The notes below the pieces were generated by a model. The model was not told the DNA's origin. It saw only the letters and a program-made list of their open reading frames with translations, and did no database searches. From an uncultured Terracidiphilus sp. (GTDB lineage Bacteria; Acidobacteriota; Terriglobia; Terriglobales; Acidobacteriaceae), in assembly GCA_964396795.1 (NCBI GenBank), contig CAYNGB010000004.1, positions 24,959 to 88,958 of the forward strand: a DNA stretch of 64,000 nt, written 5' to 3'. Below are positions 8,702 to 18,622 of this stretch, one piece after another; within the stretch, counting starts at the first letter, position 1; every line of letters starts with the position of its first letter. A program made the translations under genes and the position numbers.

Positions 8702-11700
8702 ATGATGAACAGCCGGAATATCTGGCGCCTGTTGCTGGTGTTCCTGCTCTACACATCAGCACCAGGCGCGCAGACCAGAACCTCATTCGTCTGGCAGGGA
8801 ATGGTCCGCACCCCTGGAGGAGCTCCCATCTCAAAAGCCAAGGTCCGCCTTACTGGTGTCGGAGGCAATGCCGAGGCAGCGACGCGCGCCGATGGAATGT
8901 TCACACTGCCGGTTCTGCCCGCTGGAAAATATCGCCTCTCGGTGGAAGCAGGCGACCGCCACGTCGTCTTCGCGCAGCCCATTGAATTGTTCTCGGCGAC
9001 TCCTGCCGTCGCGCTCACGCTTTCCAGCCGCGGAGAATTGTCCGTGGGGGAACTTAAGCGCCTGGTCTCCACCGGAGGAGAGGAGTTGTCCAGCCAGGCG
9101 GTCAGCGAGCTACCCCTCAACAAGCGCGACTTCAGTTCGCTACTTCTGTTGGCCGCAGGAACCATGACGGACGCCAACGGGGCCTCCAACTTTACCGCCC
9201 AGTTCGCGATCAACGGACAGCGCGGCGTCGAAGCCGTCTTCGCCATGGATGGCGCAGACATTAGCGACCCGGAAATGGGAGGAGCCACCTTTTCCAATTT
9301 CAACGTCGATGCGGTAGAGAGCATCGACTCTAGTTCCGGCTGGATGCCTGCCGAAATCGGTCACGGAGCGGCGGGGTTCACCAACATTCACACCCGTTCG
9401 GGAGCCAGCGGATTCCACGGCTCCTTCTTCGAGTTTGTGCGCAACTCGGCATTTGATGCGCGCAACTACTTCGACCATCCAACCGTGGCTTATCCCAGCC
9501 GTATTCCGCCATTCCGCCGCAACGAATTTGGCTTTACCAATGGCGGACCGCTTTATCTTCCCCGCATTTATGACGGTCGTAAGCGAACCTATTACTTCAC
9601 GCAGTATCAGGGCTTTCGCCAGGTGCTCGGCACGACTCAGGTAATGCCGGTGCCTAGCGCGGTGGAGCGTTCCGGTATTGACACTCTCACCTTCCCCGAT
9701 GGCTCCACTGACACTCTCACGGTGCCGGTGCCTGCTGAGATTGCGGCCATCCTCGCTCGCTACCCGATGCCGAACTACGCAGCCGGTTCCTACCACTCTC
9801 ACACCTACGCCACTGCTTCAAAAGTGGTCACTGATGCCGATCAATTCTCTCTGCGCTTGGATCACAAGATTTCAAGCAAGGATCAGTTCTTTGCCCGCTT
9901 CAATTTGGACAATCTCACCGGTCCGACCACCAATCCTGACCAGACCGCCATCGATCGTTCCTTCGCCGTGGAGTTCTTCGATCGCCAGCGCAACGTTGTC
10001 GGCACCTGGACCCGCACCGTCTCACCGCGGCTCTTGCTTGAGTCGTCCATCAGCATCATCCGCACCACGCCGGGCTTCCCCTCACCCAACCACACTGACC
10101 CCGCGGTCAAGTTTGTCGACGGCCTTTTTGAAGCCTTCAATGGCGCGGGCGGAACAGTGTTGCAGTCCTTTGGCAATCTCTTTCAGGGCCGCGAGAATCT
10201 CTCCTTCACAACGCGGGGTCATACCTTCAAGGCCGGCGCGGAGACACGCTTCAATCGCGACTCCACATACTTCGGCATGAGCCCAAACGGCGAATACGAT
10301 TTCGGCGGCGGCACCGCCTATGCGACGGAGGCTATCGCCTCTCAGAGTGGGAAGCACGACATTCAGCCCGGCGATCCCCTGCCGGACACACTCTCCAGCT
10401 TTCTTTCGGGCAGCCCTTTTGCCTACACCGTTTCTGTTGCTCCACCCTCCATCTCCAGCGGGGCACACATGGGGCCCGCGGCCCCAAGCCGCAACAACTA
10501 CAACTTCTACGTGCAGGACACATGGAAGATTACAAGCCGCTTCACACTTGATTACGGCCTGCGCTGGGAGCTTTACCAGCCCATCACAGAGCGCGCCCAT
10601 CGCACCTCCAGCATCGTCACCGCCAATGGAGTTCAGCAGTACATCGTCAATCCACAACCCGGTTATCCTACTCGGAAAAATGCATGGGGACCGCGTATCC
10701 AGGCGGCGTGGCAGGTTGACAACAAGTTGTCTGCTCACGTCGGCGGCGCCATTACTGTCATCCCTCCTGATATCTGGGAAGACAATCTCCTTACCGGCGA
10801 CGCCCCGTTTTCGGTCACCCCGCGTCGGGATTCGACGCCGAGTGCGCCTATCCCTTACGGCTATCAGATCACTCCATCAGAACTTCCTAAGCCCTACACG
10901 CCGGCCGGCGTCGATATTCTCGCCGGCCCCACTCACTCCATCGCTCCCAACACAGCAATGGACGTAGACCGTTTTGAAAAAGATTTGGCCACGCTTACCT
11001 CAAGCAACATCGTCACTCCGCTCGTTCTTGGCGGCATTGCGCGCAATTTTGGCAATGCGACACTCTACACCTGGACCGCAGGTGTTGAGCGGAAAATCGG
11101 CAATCTGACCGCCGACGCAAATTATGTGGGCACCGGCACACAAAAACTGGCGCGCATGAGCTTTCCCAACGGCTATCCCGGCGCTGATCCTGCCTTTGCG
11201 CCTTTCACCACCTTCGACTCAACCGGCACCGTTACTGGCGGCTTCGGCGTGGAAAACGTCATCACAGCAACCGCGCACTCCAGCTATCACGCCTTGCAGG
11301 CTTCGCTCTCTGGCACATTCGGGCACGGCGGCCCCGGAATCCAGGCCAGCTACACCTGGGGCAAGTCGAATGACGACACTAGCACTGTCCAAGGCGGCAC
11401 CGGTTCGACCGGTGCGGTCAGTCTGGGATATCCCGAGAATCCCTTCGACACGCATCCCGAAAAGGGCCCTTCAGCCTTCGACGCGACTCACGGATTTGGT
11501 CTCAGCGTCGCTCAGGACTTGCACCTTCAGAGCGCAGGTTTCTTGCACCCCCTCAGCAAACTGGTCACAAATGGCTGGGAATTGCTCAGCATTTCAAGTG
11601 TCAGCTCGGGGACTCCGTTTACCGTTTTCAGCGGAATCCAGCAGACAGGTGTCGGCTCCAATGGAGTGGATCGGCCGGACCAGATCGCCGTACCAAAGCT

Positions 11701-12079
11701 CTCTACGGCACGCAAGGACCGCCAAGACTACTTCGGCAAGGATACTGACAACGCAAGCGCCTTCTTCTTTATCCCCATTCATCTTGCGGGGGGCACTGGG
11801 CCCAACCAGGGACGCTTCGGAAATATCGGGCGCAACACATTCCGTGGGCCCGCCTTTTACAACTTCGACTTCGCGCTCATCAAGGACACGCCCTTCGGCA
11901 TGCGCAAAAGCGGAGCCGAGGTTATGGATCTGCAGTTCCGCTCCGAGTTCTTTAACCTCTTCAATATCGTCACCATGGGACAACCTGCCAACATTCTCAC
12001 GGGTTCAGGCTTTGGAGAAATCAGCAAAACCGCCGGAAATTCGCGCCAGATTCAGTTCTCACTCAAGCTGATCTATTAG
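8702..12079 (+). CDS. TonB-dependent receptor, Oar-like, with carboxypeptidase-regulatory-like N-terminal domain (TBDR1)
   Basis: Signal MMNSRNIWRLLLVFLLYTSAPGAQ (ORF track starts at 8600). Motifs ELPLNKRDF, FHGSFFEFVRNSAFDARNYF, YVQDTWK...LDYGLRWE, GRNTFRGP, QFRSEFFNLFN; C-terminal RQIQFSLKLIY beta-signal. Confidence 0.92.
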   Translation: MMNSRNIWRLLLVFLLYTSAPGAQTRTSFVWQGMVRTPGGAPISKAKVRLTGVGGNAEAATRADGMFTLPVLPAGKYRLSVEAGDRHVVFAQPIELFSATPAVALTLSSRGELSVGELKRLVSTGGEELSSQAVSELPLNKRDFSSLLLLAAGTMTDANGASNFTAQFAINGQRGVEAVFAMDGADISDPEMGGATFSNFNVDAVESIDSSSGWMPAEIGHGAAGFTNIHTRSGASGFHGSFFEFVRNSAFDARNYFDHPTVAYPSRIPPFRRNEFGFTNGGPLYLPRIYDGRKRTYYFTQYQGFRQVLGTTQVMPVPSAVERSGIDTLTFPDGSTDTLTVPVPAEIAAILARYPMPNYAAGSYHSHTYATASKVVTDADQFSLRLDHKISSKDQFFARFNLDNLTGPTTNPDQTAIDRSFAVEFFDRQRNVVGTWTRTVSPRLLLESSISIIRTTPGFPSPNHTDPAVKFVDGLFEAFNGAGGTVLQSFGNLFQGRENLSFTTRGHTFKAGAETRFNRDSTYFGMSPNGEYDFGGGTAYATEAIASQSGKHDIQPGDPLPDTLSSFLSGSPFAYTVSVAPPSISSGAHMGPAAPSRNNYNFYVQDTWKITSRFTLDYGLRWELYQPITERAHRTSSIVTANGVQQYIVNPQPGYPTRKNAWGPRIQAAWQVDNKLSAHVGGAITVIPPDIWEDNLLTGDAPFSVTPRRDSTPSAPIPYGYQITPSELPKPYTPAGVDILAGPTHSIAPNTAMDVDRFEKDLATLTSSNIVTPLVLGGIARNFGNATLYTWTAGVERKIGNLTADANYVGTGTQKLARMSFPNGYPGADPAFAPFTTFDSTGTVTGGFGVENVITATAHSSYHALQASLSGTFGHGGPGIQASYTWGKSNDDTSTVQGGTGSTGAVSLGYPENPFDTHPEKGPSAFDATHGFGLSVAQDLHLQSAGFLHPLSKLVTNGWELLSISSVSSGTPFTVFSGIQQTGVGSNGVDRPDQIAVPKLSTARKDRQDYFGKDTDNASAFFFIPIHLAGGTGPNQGRFGNIGRNTFRGPAFYNFDFALIKDTPFGMRKSGAEVMDLQFRSEFFNLFNIVTMGQPANILTGSGFGEISKTAGNSRQIQFSLKLIY

Positions 12080-12278
12080 CGTTCTCAGGTGAATTCATAA
12101 ACCATCTGCCCATCCGAAAGTCGTCGCGATCTGACGAATCTGGAATCGCGTTTGTCCCGCTTCCCCGTACCTTATATAGGTGTCTATGGTCAGGATGAGC
12201 TTCTTTCGGGCTGGATCTGTTCACGGTCAGAATCAGCACTGTGCCGGCTTCGGGCTTTGGCAGTTCTAATGACCTGTG

Positions 12279-12533
12279 GTATGGATCCCCGGGGTTCGGG
12301 GTCGGAAGAAAGGGTTCTTTCCTAACCTACCGATGCGTGCCAGCGCACCGGTTCAGACCAAACACCGGCCGGCGGAGACGCCGGGCCGGTCAAGGAGCAG
12401 ACCCGAACGGCCCACTCTCAGGGGGTTCCAGGCGATCTCTTTTCCCACCTGTCCGCGGGGCAAGAGCCCGAAATACGAGAAAGACGAACCAATCACGGAT
12501 GGAGGATCGCGGGCTAAGATTATGCTCGTGGGC
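12279..12533 (+). mobile_element. Possible IS110-family left non-coding end with a vestigial transposase start
   Basis: Structured non-coding segment between convergent genes, with a GNRA hairpin at 12364-12390. It ends in AACCAATCACGGATGGAGG followed by codons A-K-I-M-L-V-G, reminiscent of IS110 transposase N-termini (M-K-I-x-x-VGIDL), after which similarity stops. Resemblance only. Confidence 0.3.
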
Positions 12534-12568
12534 AGGCTAAGGTCAGAGGCTTTCAGCTTCAAAACGGA

Positions 12569-14734
12569 TCAGTTTTCGTGTTCTGGACGAACCTGCAATT
12601 CAATTACAGTCGCGCGCCATGGAGTGGCGAGGTCTACTGAGATTCCATCCTCCATCAAGGCTCTGCCAGTCCTCGCTTCCATGTTCGTCCCGTCGCTCGC
12701 GATTCTGTATTCATCGCTTGGATTCAGCCCGCGCAGTTTGAAAGTTTGTGACGCTAGGCTCTCCTCTAACCTGTACACCATCAAAACGCTCTTCTCCGCG
12801 CCGGGTACAACATATTGAATTGCCATCCATCCCTTGGGCGCATTGTGCGTGGGTGGCTCGGTTAAGTGATAGACATCCGATTGCACAATTGTGCTGCGGA
12901 TTCTCTTGTAGAGAGCCACATTATTTGCGGCATGCTGCAGAAGTTCAGGAGGCCAGTCGAACACCTTGCTCGATATTCCGAACTGGCCGTTCATCGGAAC
13001 TCGGAACATGAAGTCCCACCATTCCTGCGTATCCCCCGGCGAGATATCACCGTTGACAGTGTCTCCCACCATCCAGTGATTGCAGGCTCCCGGAGTGAAC
13101 TCCAGGGTGCAGCCGTAAGCCAATTCGACCGATGGCTTCGGCCGGACTTCGTCCGAGAGCCACGTGGTGTTCGTGTGCGCCATGATTCCGGCATCGAAGC
13201 GCAAACCTCCGCTGGAGCAGTTTTCGACGATTAGGCTCGGGTGTGCAGCACGCACCTCGTCGAGCCATGCGTAGTAGTTGACCACCTGCTGATAGAGGAC
13301 GTCGCCTCGTCGTGAGTCACTCGCGGACGGATCATATTCATCGCCAATCTCGATGTTGTAATCGATCTTCAGCCACTGAATTTCATAATCGCGGGCCAGC
13401 CTGTCGATCACGGAGCGCGCCCATTGCCGCACCTCCGGCTTCGAGAAATCGAGTTGCAGGCGGTCGCCCTGTTTTATCGGCTGACCATTGAACTTCAGAC
13501 ACCAATCGGGATGCTCTTTAAAAACCTTGGAATCCACGCCAACATTCTCTATCTCCACCCATATGCCAAACTTCATTCCAAGCTGGCGAACATAGTTTGC
13601 CAATTCCTGAATCCCGTTTGGAAACGCAGCGGGATCTGCTTGGTAGTCGCCAAGTTCCGTGCTCCAGTTTTTCTTGTTATACCAACCGGCATCGAGCACA
13701 TAGACCTCCGTGCCCATCTTCGCGGCCAGCGCGGCGCACCGTTTCATCTCTGCAATGGTCATCTTTCCCGGAAACGGATACCAGGAATTGAACTGAACCA
13801 GAGGAGGGTTATTGGCAGGATTCCGCGCAAATGCATACTCCCGCTGGTAACGATGCATCTGATTGGCAGCTTCATCGAGCCCCGCATCGGAACTGGTGAA
13901 CGCAACTGCCGGCAGCGAGAAGGACTCACCGGCATTAAGTTTAAGTGCGCCACCATAGTCGAATCGCATGCCGAGATCCACATTTAGATCCCGCTCCGTA
14001 AAGGGATGCTCTTCAACTAGGGGGTTGCGCGCAAATCCCATCTCCCAGTTCCCCGAGTAAGCGAGTTCCGCCAGATATCTAGTCCCATTGCTGTGATTAT
14101 GGAGGCAGAACCAAGGCGAATAATCATTCGTCGACCGCCCGCTCGTCGATGAGAATCGCCTCGCTCCGGGCCCCAGAATCTCATTTCCAACCTGCCTCTC
14201 CTGACTCCACCCACCCCAGAGATAAGTCAAGTCATACTCGCCCGGGGGAAGACTCCAACTCAAGGATGGAAGGCGTTCCACGTTGAGGTTACTGCTTCCC
14301 GTATTTACCAGGGCGATTTCTCGAGTGATAACTCCCGTATCGCCCCATACTGTATAGCTCTCCCGAATTTGCAAGGGCAAGCGCCGGTGGCTAAGTACCA
14401 ACTCCAGCGCATCCACGCCCGGTTTGATAGGTTGGATCTTTGCAGAATCCAGTTTGAGCTCAGATGGCGCAATCTCCTCTCCTTCCGCTTGTCCTTTGAT
14501 GTCATAGCGCGCGGGAGAAGTTTCGGCGAATCCGGGTGCGCTCCAGGGGGCGTGCGCCGCAGGGCCAAAGTACTTGAGCGTAAGCGCGTCTTGCGCCACA
14601 TGAATCACGTACTCTACCTGGCCACTTATCAGGTGCCAGCAATCGTCACTCTTGCTATAGCGGATTCCGGCTCGCGCTGGAATAGACAATAAGCACGCGA
14701 TAAGCAGCAAGATTCCCGTTCGAATCGAATACAT
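12569..14734 (-). CDS. GH36 glycoside hydrolase (alpha-galactosidase family), secreted
   Basis: Signal MYSIRTGILLLIACLLSIPARAG with GGAGG RBS. Motifs LAYSGNW, FNSWY, YVLDAGWY, FGIWVEIE, WLKIDYN (nucleophile), ENCSSGGLRFD, TWLSD (acid/base), FKLRGLNP. Confidence 0.9.
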   Translation of the reverse strand: MYSIRTGILLLIACLLSIPARAGIRYSKSDDCWHLISGQVEYVIHVAQDALTLKYFGPAAHAPWSAPGFAETSPARYDIKGQAEGEEIAPSELKLDSAKIQPIKPGVDALELVLSHRRLPLQIRESYTVWGDTGVITREIALVNTGSSNLNVERLPSLSWSLPPGEYDLTYLWGGWSQERQVGNEILGPGARRFSSTSGRSTNDYSPWFCLHNHSNGTRYLAELAYSGNWEMGFARNPLVEEHPFTERDLNVDLGMRFDYGGALKLNAGESFSLPAVAFTSSDAGLDEAANQMHRYQREYAFARNPANNPPLVQFNSWYPFPGKMTIAEMKRCAALAAKMGTEVYVLDAGWYNKKNWSTELGDYQADPAAFPNGIQELANYVRQLGMKFGIWVEIENVGVDSKVFKEHPDWCLKFNGQPIKQGDRLQLDFSKPEVRQWARSVIDRLARDYEIQWLKIDYNIEIGDEYDPSASDSRRGDVLYQQVVNYYAWLDEVRAAHPSLIVENCSSGGLRFDAGIMAHTNTTWLSDEVRPKPSVELAYGCTLEFTPGACNHWMVGDTVNGDISPGDTQEWWDFMFRVPMNGQFGISSKVFDWPPELLQHAANNVALYKRIRSTIVQSDVYHLTEPPTHNAPKGWMAIQYVVPGAEKSVLMVYRLEESLASQTFKLRGLNPSDEYRIASDGTNMEARTGRALMEDGISVDLATPWRATVIELQVRPEHEN

Positions 14735-15009
14735 GGTACCCTCCATCCTCACCCGAAGTCCCATAGTATTGTCCTGTGTCTAAACAAGTTCTGTAATACG
14801 AGTCACAGTCAACTTCCGCCCTTTAGTTCATCCCGATGCCGTGAACATGGCTTCCGTCGGATGTTCACCTCCATCACGCTACAAATTGTCCCGGGTTAGC
14901 CGCGCAGACTTTGTTCCGTGGCTGCGTGGTGCCCTTCCAGCGGCAAACACAAGTCAGTAGCTTCATGCAGAGGGAAATTAGTCTTTGGGTTTACCTCGGG
15001 TCGACCGCT

Positions 15010-16782
15010 TCACTGTCTTCCAGTCTCCGCGCTCGCCGTAGGCGCTCCTTGCATCAATGTCGACGAGGTGATTGGCCTCGTATTCTTCTTTGCTGCCACA
15101 ATGGCACGCTCATGCGTCTGCTTCAGATCCTTCAGTCTCGCGATCCATTCCGTTGCCTGCGCATTATCGCCCGTCTGCACGTAGGCGCGAGCCAGCAGAT
15201 AGTAGGCCTCTTCCAGATCGGGATTCAGGGCGATCGCTTCATTCAACTCGTGGATTGCTTCCTTAGGCTGGCTAGTCTTGGCCAACAGCTTGCCGAGAAG
15301 ATAATGATCCTCGCCATTTGCGCCGGGGAGCGCAGCAGCTCGGGTGGCATATACCATCGCTTGGTCTGCATCGTTGGAGCGGTCAAAAGCCACAGCCGCA
15401 CCATGTGCGAAGATTCGACTGCCTGGATCCAAATCCGATGCCTTTCCATAGAAGACTGCAGCCTTTGCCATATCCCCCTGCGCAAGGAAACAAAAGCCCA
15501 GCATGTTGTGGGACAAGGCCAGTGATGGGTTCTCTAACGCTGCCCGTTCAAGAATCGGAATCGCCTGTGCGGAACCGTTCACAACGATCTGAGCGATTCC
15601 CAGTAACAGGTCGCGTTCTCCGGCTTCCAGCCCTTCAGCGTGGACACGCTGTATAACCGCGAGTGCCTCCCGGGCGTCATCATGTTGAAGCAGGAGCTTG
15701 CTCAATTCAATCCCATAGGCAAAATTGCCGGGCTCCAGCCGTATGGCCCCTTGGAGGTGACTTATCGCGGCCGCCAACTGATCGGGATTGCCGGATTCGA
15801 TCATTCCAAGCGAATAAAGTGCGCGTCCGTTGCGGGGATTCTTCTTGGCCGCGATCTCGAATGCAACCCGGGCATCCTCTGTAGCACCTGAATCCGTGTA
15901 GGCCAGGCCAAGCAAATATGCAGTCTCTCCTGTGCTGTCATCCTTCTCGACCGGCTTCAACAGGTCGATCGCTTTGTAGTCTTCCCGTGCTCCCAGATAA
16001 GCGCGCGCCAGGAGCATATCAGCTTCGCGGCTCGATCCTGATTGTGTGCGAATGCTTTCAGCGAGAACAGTTGCCGGGGCATAATCCCCTGCCTCAATCA
16101 AAGCTGCTCCCACTTGTTGCCTTGCTTCGACAGAAGTTATGGTCAGCATCCGCTCAAGAATCGGCTGCGCCTCGTCCTTTCTCCCCATTGTGAGCAGATC
16201 GACCAACAAGTGCTGGCCTACACCGACGTCATCCGGACTTGACTTATAAGCGGCCTGCAAATGCTCGATTGCTTCGGCTGTCGCGTGCGCTTCTTCAAGC
16301 AGAATGGCTAGGTTGTATTCCGGCTCCAGCATGCCCGGTTGCGCCTTGACCACAATCTTCAACTGCTCAATGGCAGAATCAGACTGTCCCGTGCGAATCA
16401 GGCTCAATGCGAGGTTGTAGTGCGCCGGAAGCGAGGTCGAATCGATGCGCAGCGCCGCTTCAAGATCCACCACGGCTTCTCGGTATTGATTCAACTGATT
16501 CTCTGCGATTCCTCGCCATGTTAGCGCGTCCGCGGAGCGCGAATTAGCCCGTACTGCCGCGCTGAATTGCACCTTCGCTGCTGCGGCATCCCGGTTGCGA
16601 AGAAGCCGGATGCCACTCGCTATATAGGTCGCCGTAGGATCGGGTTTCGTGGCCACTTCGAGTTGCACTACCATCCCCAACGTCGGCGGCACTGTAAGGC
16701 TCGCCGCCAGCAGCCCCGCGAGAGCCCTGCTTCCTGTCGGCAGGCATATGCCCCGCCACCACTTCGTCTGCGCTCTTCGCAT
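15010..16782 (-). CDS. Large multi-TPR protein, exported
   Basis: Many TPR units (ADALTWRGIAE, PAHYNLALSL, EPEYNLAILL, TAYLLGLAY, EDHYLLGKLL, EEAYYLLARAY). The likely start MRRAQ lies 10 nt after the CRTAC1 stop. Confidence 0.85.
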   Translation of the reverse strand: MRRAQTKWWRGICLPTGSRALAGLLAASLTVPPTLGMVVQLEVATKPDPTATYIASGIRLLRNRDAAAAKVQFSAAVRANSRSADALTWRGIAENQLNQYREAVVDLEAALRIDSTSLPAHYNLALSLIRTGQSDSAIEQLKIVVKAQPGMLEPEYNLAILLEEAHATAEAIEHLQAAYKSSPDDVGVGQHLLVDLLTMGRKDEAQPILERMLTITSVEARQQVGAALIEAGDYAPATVLAESIRTQSGSSREADMLLARAYLGAREDYKAIDLLKPVEKDDSTGETAYLLGLAYTDSGATEDARVAFEIAAKKNPRNGRALYSLGMIESGNPDQLAAAISHLQGAIRLEPGNFAYGIELSKLLLQHDDAREALAVIQRVHAEGLEAGERDLLLGIAQIVVNGSAQAIPILERAALENPSLALSHNMLGFCFLAQGDMAKAAVFYGKASDLDPGSRIFAHGAAVAFDRSNDADQAMVYATRAAALPGANGEDHYLLGKLLAKTSQPKEAIHELNEAIALNPDLEEAYYLLARAYVQTGDNAQATEWIARLKDLKQTHERAIVAAKKNTRPITSSTLMQGAPTASAETGRQ

Positions 16783-16792
16783 AGGTGTCAAC

Positions 16793-18622
16793 TTAGTTCG
16801 CCTTGCGCAGCGTCGTAAGTTTTCCCCCTTCCTGCACCATGATGAATTGGTCCGCTGCGATGTTATGCAATTGATCGGCCGCCCCGCTAGGCCATCTGAT
16901 GTCAAGCAGGTCGATCATTGTCTTGCTGCCCAGTCCGAAGTGCACGCGCAAATCGTTCTGCGATATGTAGCTGCCTCCGCTCCGCACCTCATCAATCTGC
17001 ACAAGTGCTCCGGCCACACATTTCACCCTGGCGCCGATCGCACTGCGATTGGACTTGGTACCGGCCAGCTTGATGTTGATCCAATGATTTTCGTTTTGCG
17101 ACGTTACCTTAAGAAGCGCGGGCCTCGCGTTCTGGTTGTTGATCACCACATCGACGCATCCGTCGTTGTTCACGTCGCCAAACGCGCATCCGCGACCAGT
17201 TGAGGGGGTGGTGAGGGCTGCACCGGCCAGCTGTGAAACTTCTTCAAACTGTCCGTTGCCAAGATTCCTGTAGAGCACGCGAGGCTCCCGGTAGGTGGTG
17301 TCGGAGTGGATGCGCTCCAATTCCGGATAGACGTGTCCGCTTACATAAAGCAGGTCGAGATTCCCATCATTATCCGGATCGAAGAAGCCGCATCCCCAGC
17401 AAACGTAATGCGTTTCCTTGCCCAATCCCGCGGCTCCGGTCACGTTGGTAAATGTGGCATCGCCATCGTTATGAAAGAGGTCGACTCCTTCATCGGAAAA
17501 ATTCGTCTTCACAATATCCAGCCAGCCATCATGGTCGTAGTCTCCCGCAGTTACTCCCATGCCTGCCTGGGTCATGCCATTCTCGCTGAAACCGACGCCT
17601 CGCAACAGGTCCTCTTCGCGGAAAGTTCCGTCATGATTGTTCATGAAGAGCAGGGCCGGAGTCGTGTCGCTGGCCATATAGATGTCAGGCCAGCCATCGT
17701 TGTCAAAATCGGCTACCAGGACTCCCAGCCCATAGAACCCGCTCTGCTTCAGTATTCCCGCTTTCGCAGAAACATCTGTAAACGTGCCGTCTCCGTTGTT
17801 GTGATAGAGCGTGCTGGTCTCTCCGATTAGTCCGCGTGGACCGCAGTTCACCGCCAGCCCACGAAACATGCAATAAGGATTCGTGCCGGGATCCAGCGCG
17901 TTCTGCAGCGAAAAGTTCACATAGTGCGTGACGAACAGATCGAGCTTCCCATCGCGGTCGTAGTCAAGAAAGGCGCACCCCGTACTCCATCGCGTTGGCT
18001 CACCCGCCACCTTTGCCGCTCTGCCCACTTCAGTGAACGTGCCGTCCCCATTGTTGTGATACAGCACGTCTTCGCCCCAATAAGTGACGAAGATATCTTC
18101 AAATCCGTCGTTGTCGTAATCGCCGATACAGACGCCTTGCCCCCACCCGGAGCGCGTCAATCCTGCTTTTGCCGTCACATCGGTAAACGTGCCGTCGCGA
18201 TTGTTGTGAAACATTTTATTGGTTGGCCGATCCTGAGAAGCAGGAGGCTCAAAGCTCGATCCATTCACCAGAAAGATATCCAGCCAGCCATCGTTGTCAT
18301 AATCGATAAAGGCTACCCCTGAACCCGTCGTTTCCAGGATGTACTTCTTGCTCGTGTCTCCCCCGCACACCTGCAGGAAATCAAGGTGCGCTTCTCGTGC
18401 CACATCCTGTACCAGGTAGCCGAGCGGTGAACCCAGAGCCTTCGATGCGGTCTGTGTTGTAGAGGCCGCGCTCGACTGCGCGACGCCCAGGTGCGATCCC
18501 GCCTGCAGCAACACTCCCGCCCCCGCCATGCGTAGAAACTCTCGACGGTTCGGAAACGAAAAACCTGCGATGCGGGATGGCGGCTGTCGAATTGGATCGA
18601 CGCATCGCCGGTCTCTGCTCAC
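16793..18622 (-). CDS. CRTAC1 / ASPIC-UnbV family protein (FG-GAP-like Ca-binding beta-propeller), Tat-type signal
   Basis: Repeated DYDNDGWLD/DFDNDGWPD motifs and HNNxDGTFTDV repeats; C-terminal ASPIC/UnbV NRSAIGARV...SGGSYISQNDLRVHFGLG...IRWPSG; NRREFLR signal; GTGA overlap with the upstream TPR stop. Confidence 0.92.
   Translation of the reverse strand: MSRDRRCVDPIRQPPSRIAGFSFPNRREFLRMAGAGVLLQAGSHLGVAQSSAASTTQTASKALGSPLGYLVQDVAREAHLDFLQVCGGDTSKKYILETTGSGVAFIDYDNDGWLDIFLVNGSSFEPPASQDRPTNKMFHNNRDGTFTDVTAKAGLTRSGWGQGVCIGDYDNDGFEDIFVTYWGEDVLYHNNGDGTFTEVGRAAKVAGEPTRWSTGCAFLDYDRDGKLDLFVTHYVNFSLQNALDPGTNPYCMFRGLAVNCGPRGLIGETSTLYHNNGDGTFTDVSAKAGILKQSGFYGLGVLVADFDNDGWPDIYMASDTTPALLFMNNHDGTFREEDLLRGVGFSENGMTQAGMGVTAGDYDHDGWLDIVKTNFSDEGVDLFHNDGDATFTNVTGAAGLGKETHYVCWGCGFFDPDNDGNLDLLYVSGHVYPELERIHSDTTYREPRVLYRNLGNGQFEEVSQLAGAALTTPSTGRGCAFGDVNNDGCVDVVINNQNARPALLKVTSQNENHWINIKLAGTKSNRSAIGARVKCVAGALVQIDEVRSGGSYISQNDLRVHFGLGSKTMIDLLDIRWPSGAADQLHNIAADQFIMVQEGGKLTTLRKAN

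Noticed and set aside
15010..16905. Extended ORF-track starts (here, and at 8600, 26493, 32077, 35171, 39446 and 47677)
   Set aside because: Downstream ATGs have better RBSs or give proper signal peptides; some extensions overlap neighbouring genes or predicted promoter regions.
16793..18622. Enediyne biosynthesis inferred from the UnbV domain name
   Set aside because: No PKS or other biosynthetic genes in the window; the context is entirely glycan utilisation.
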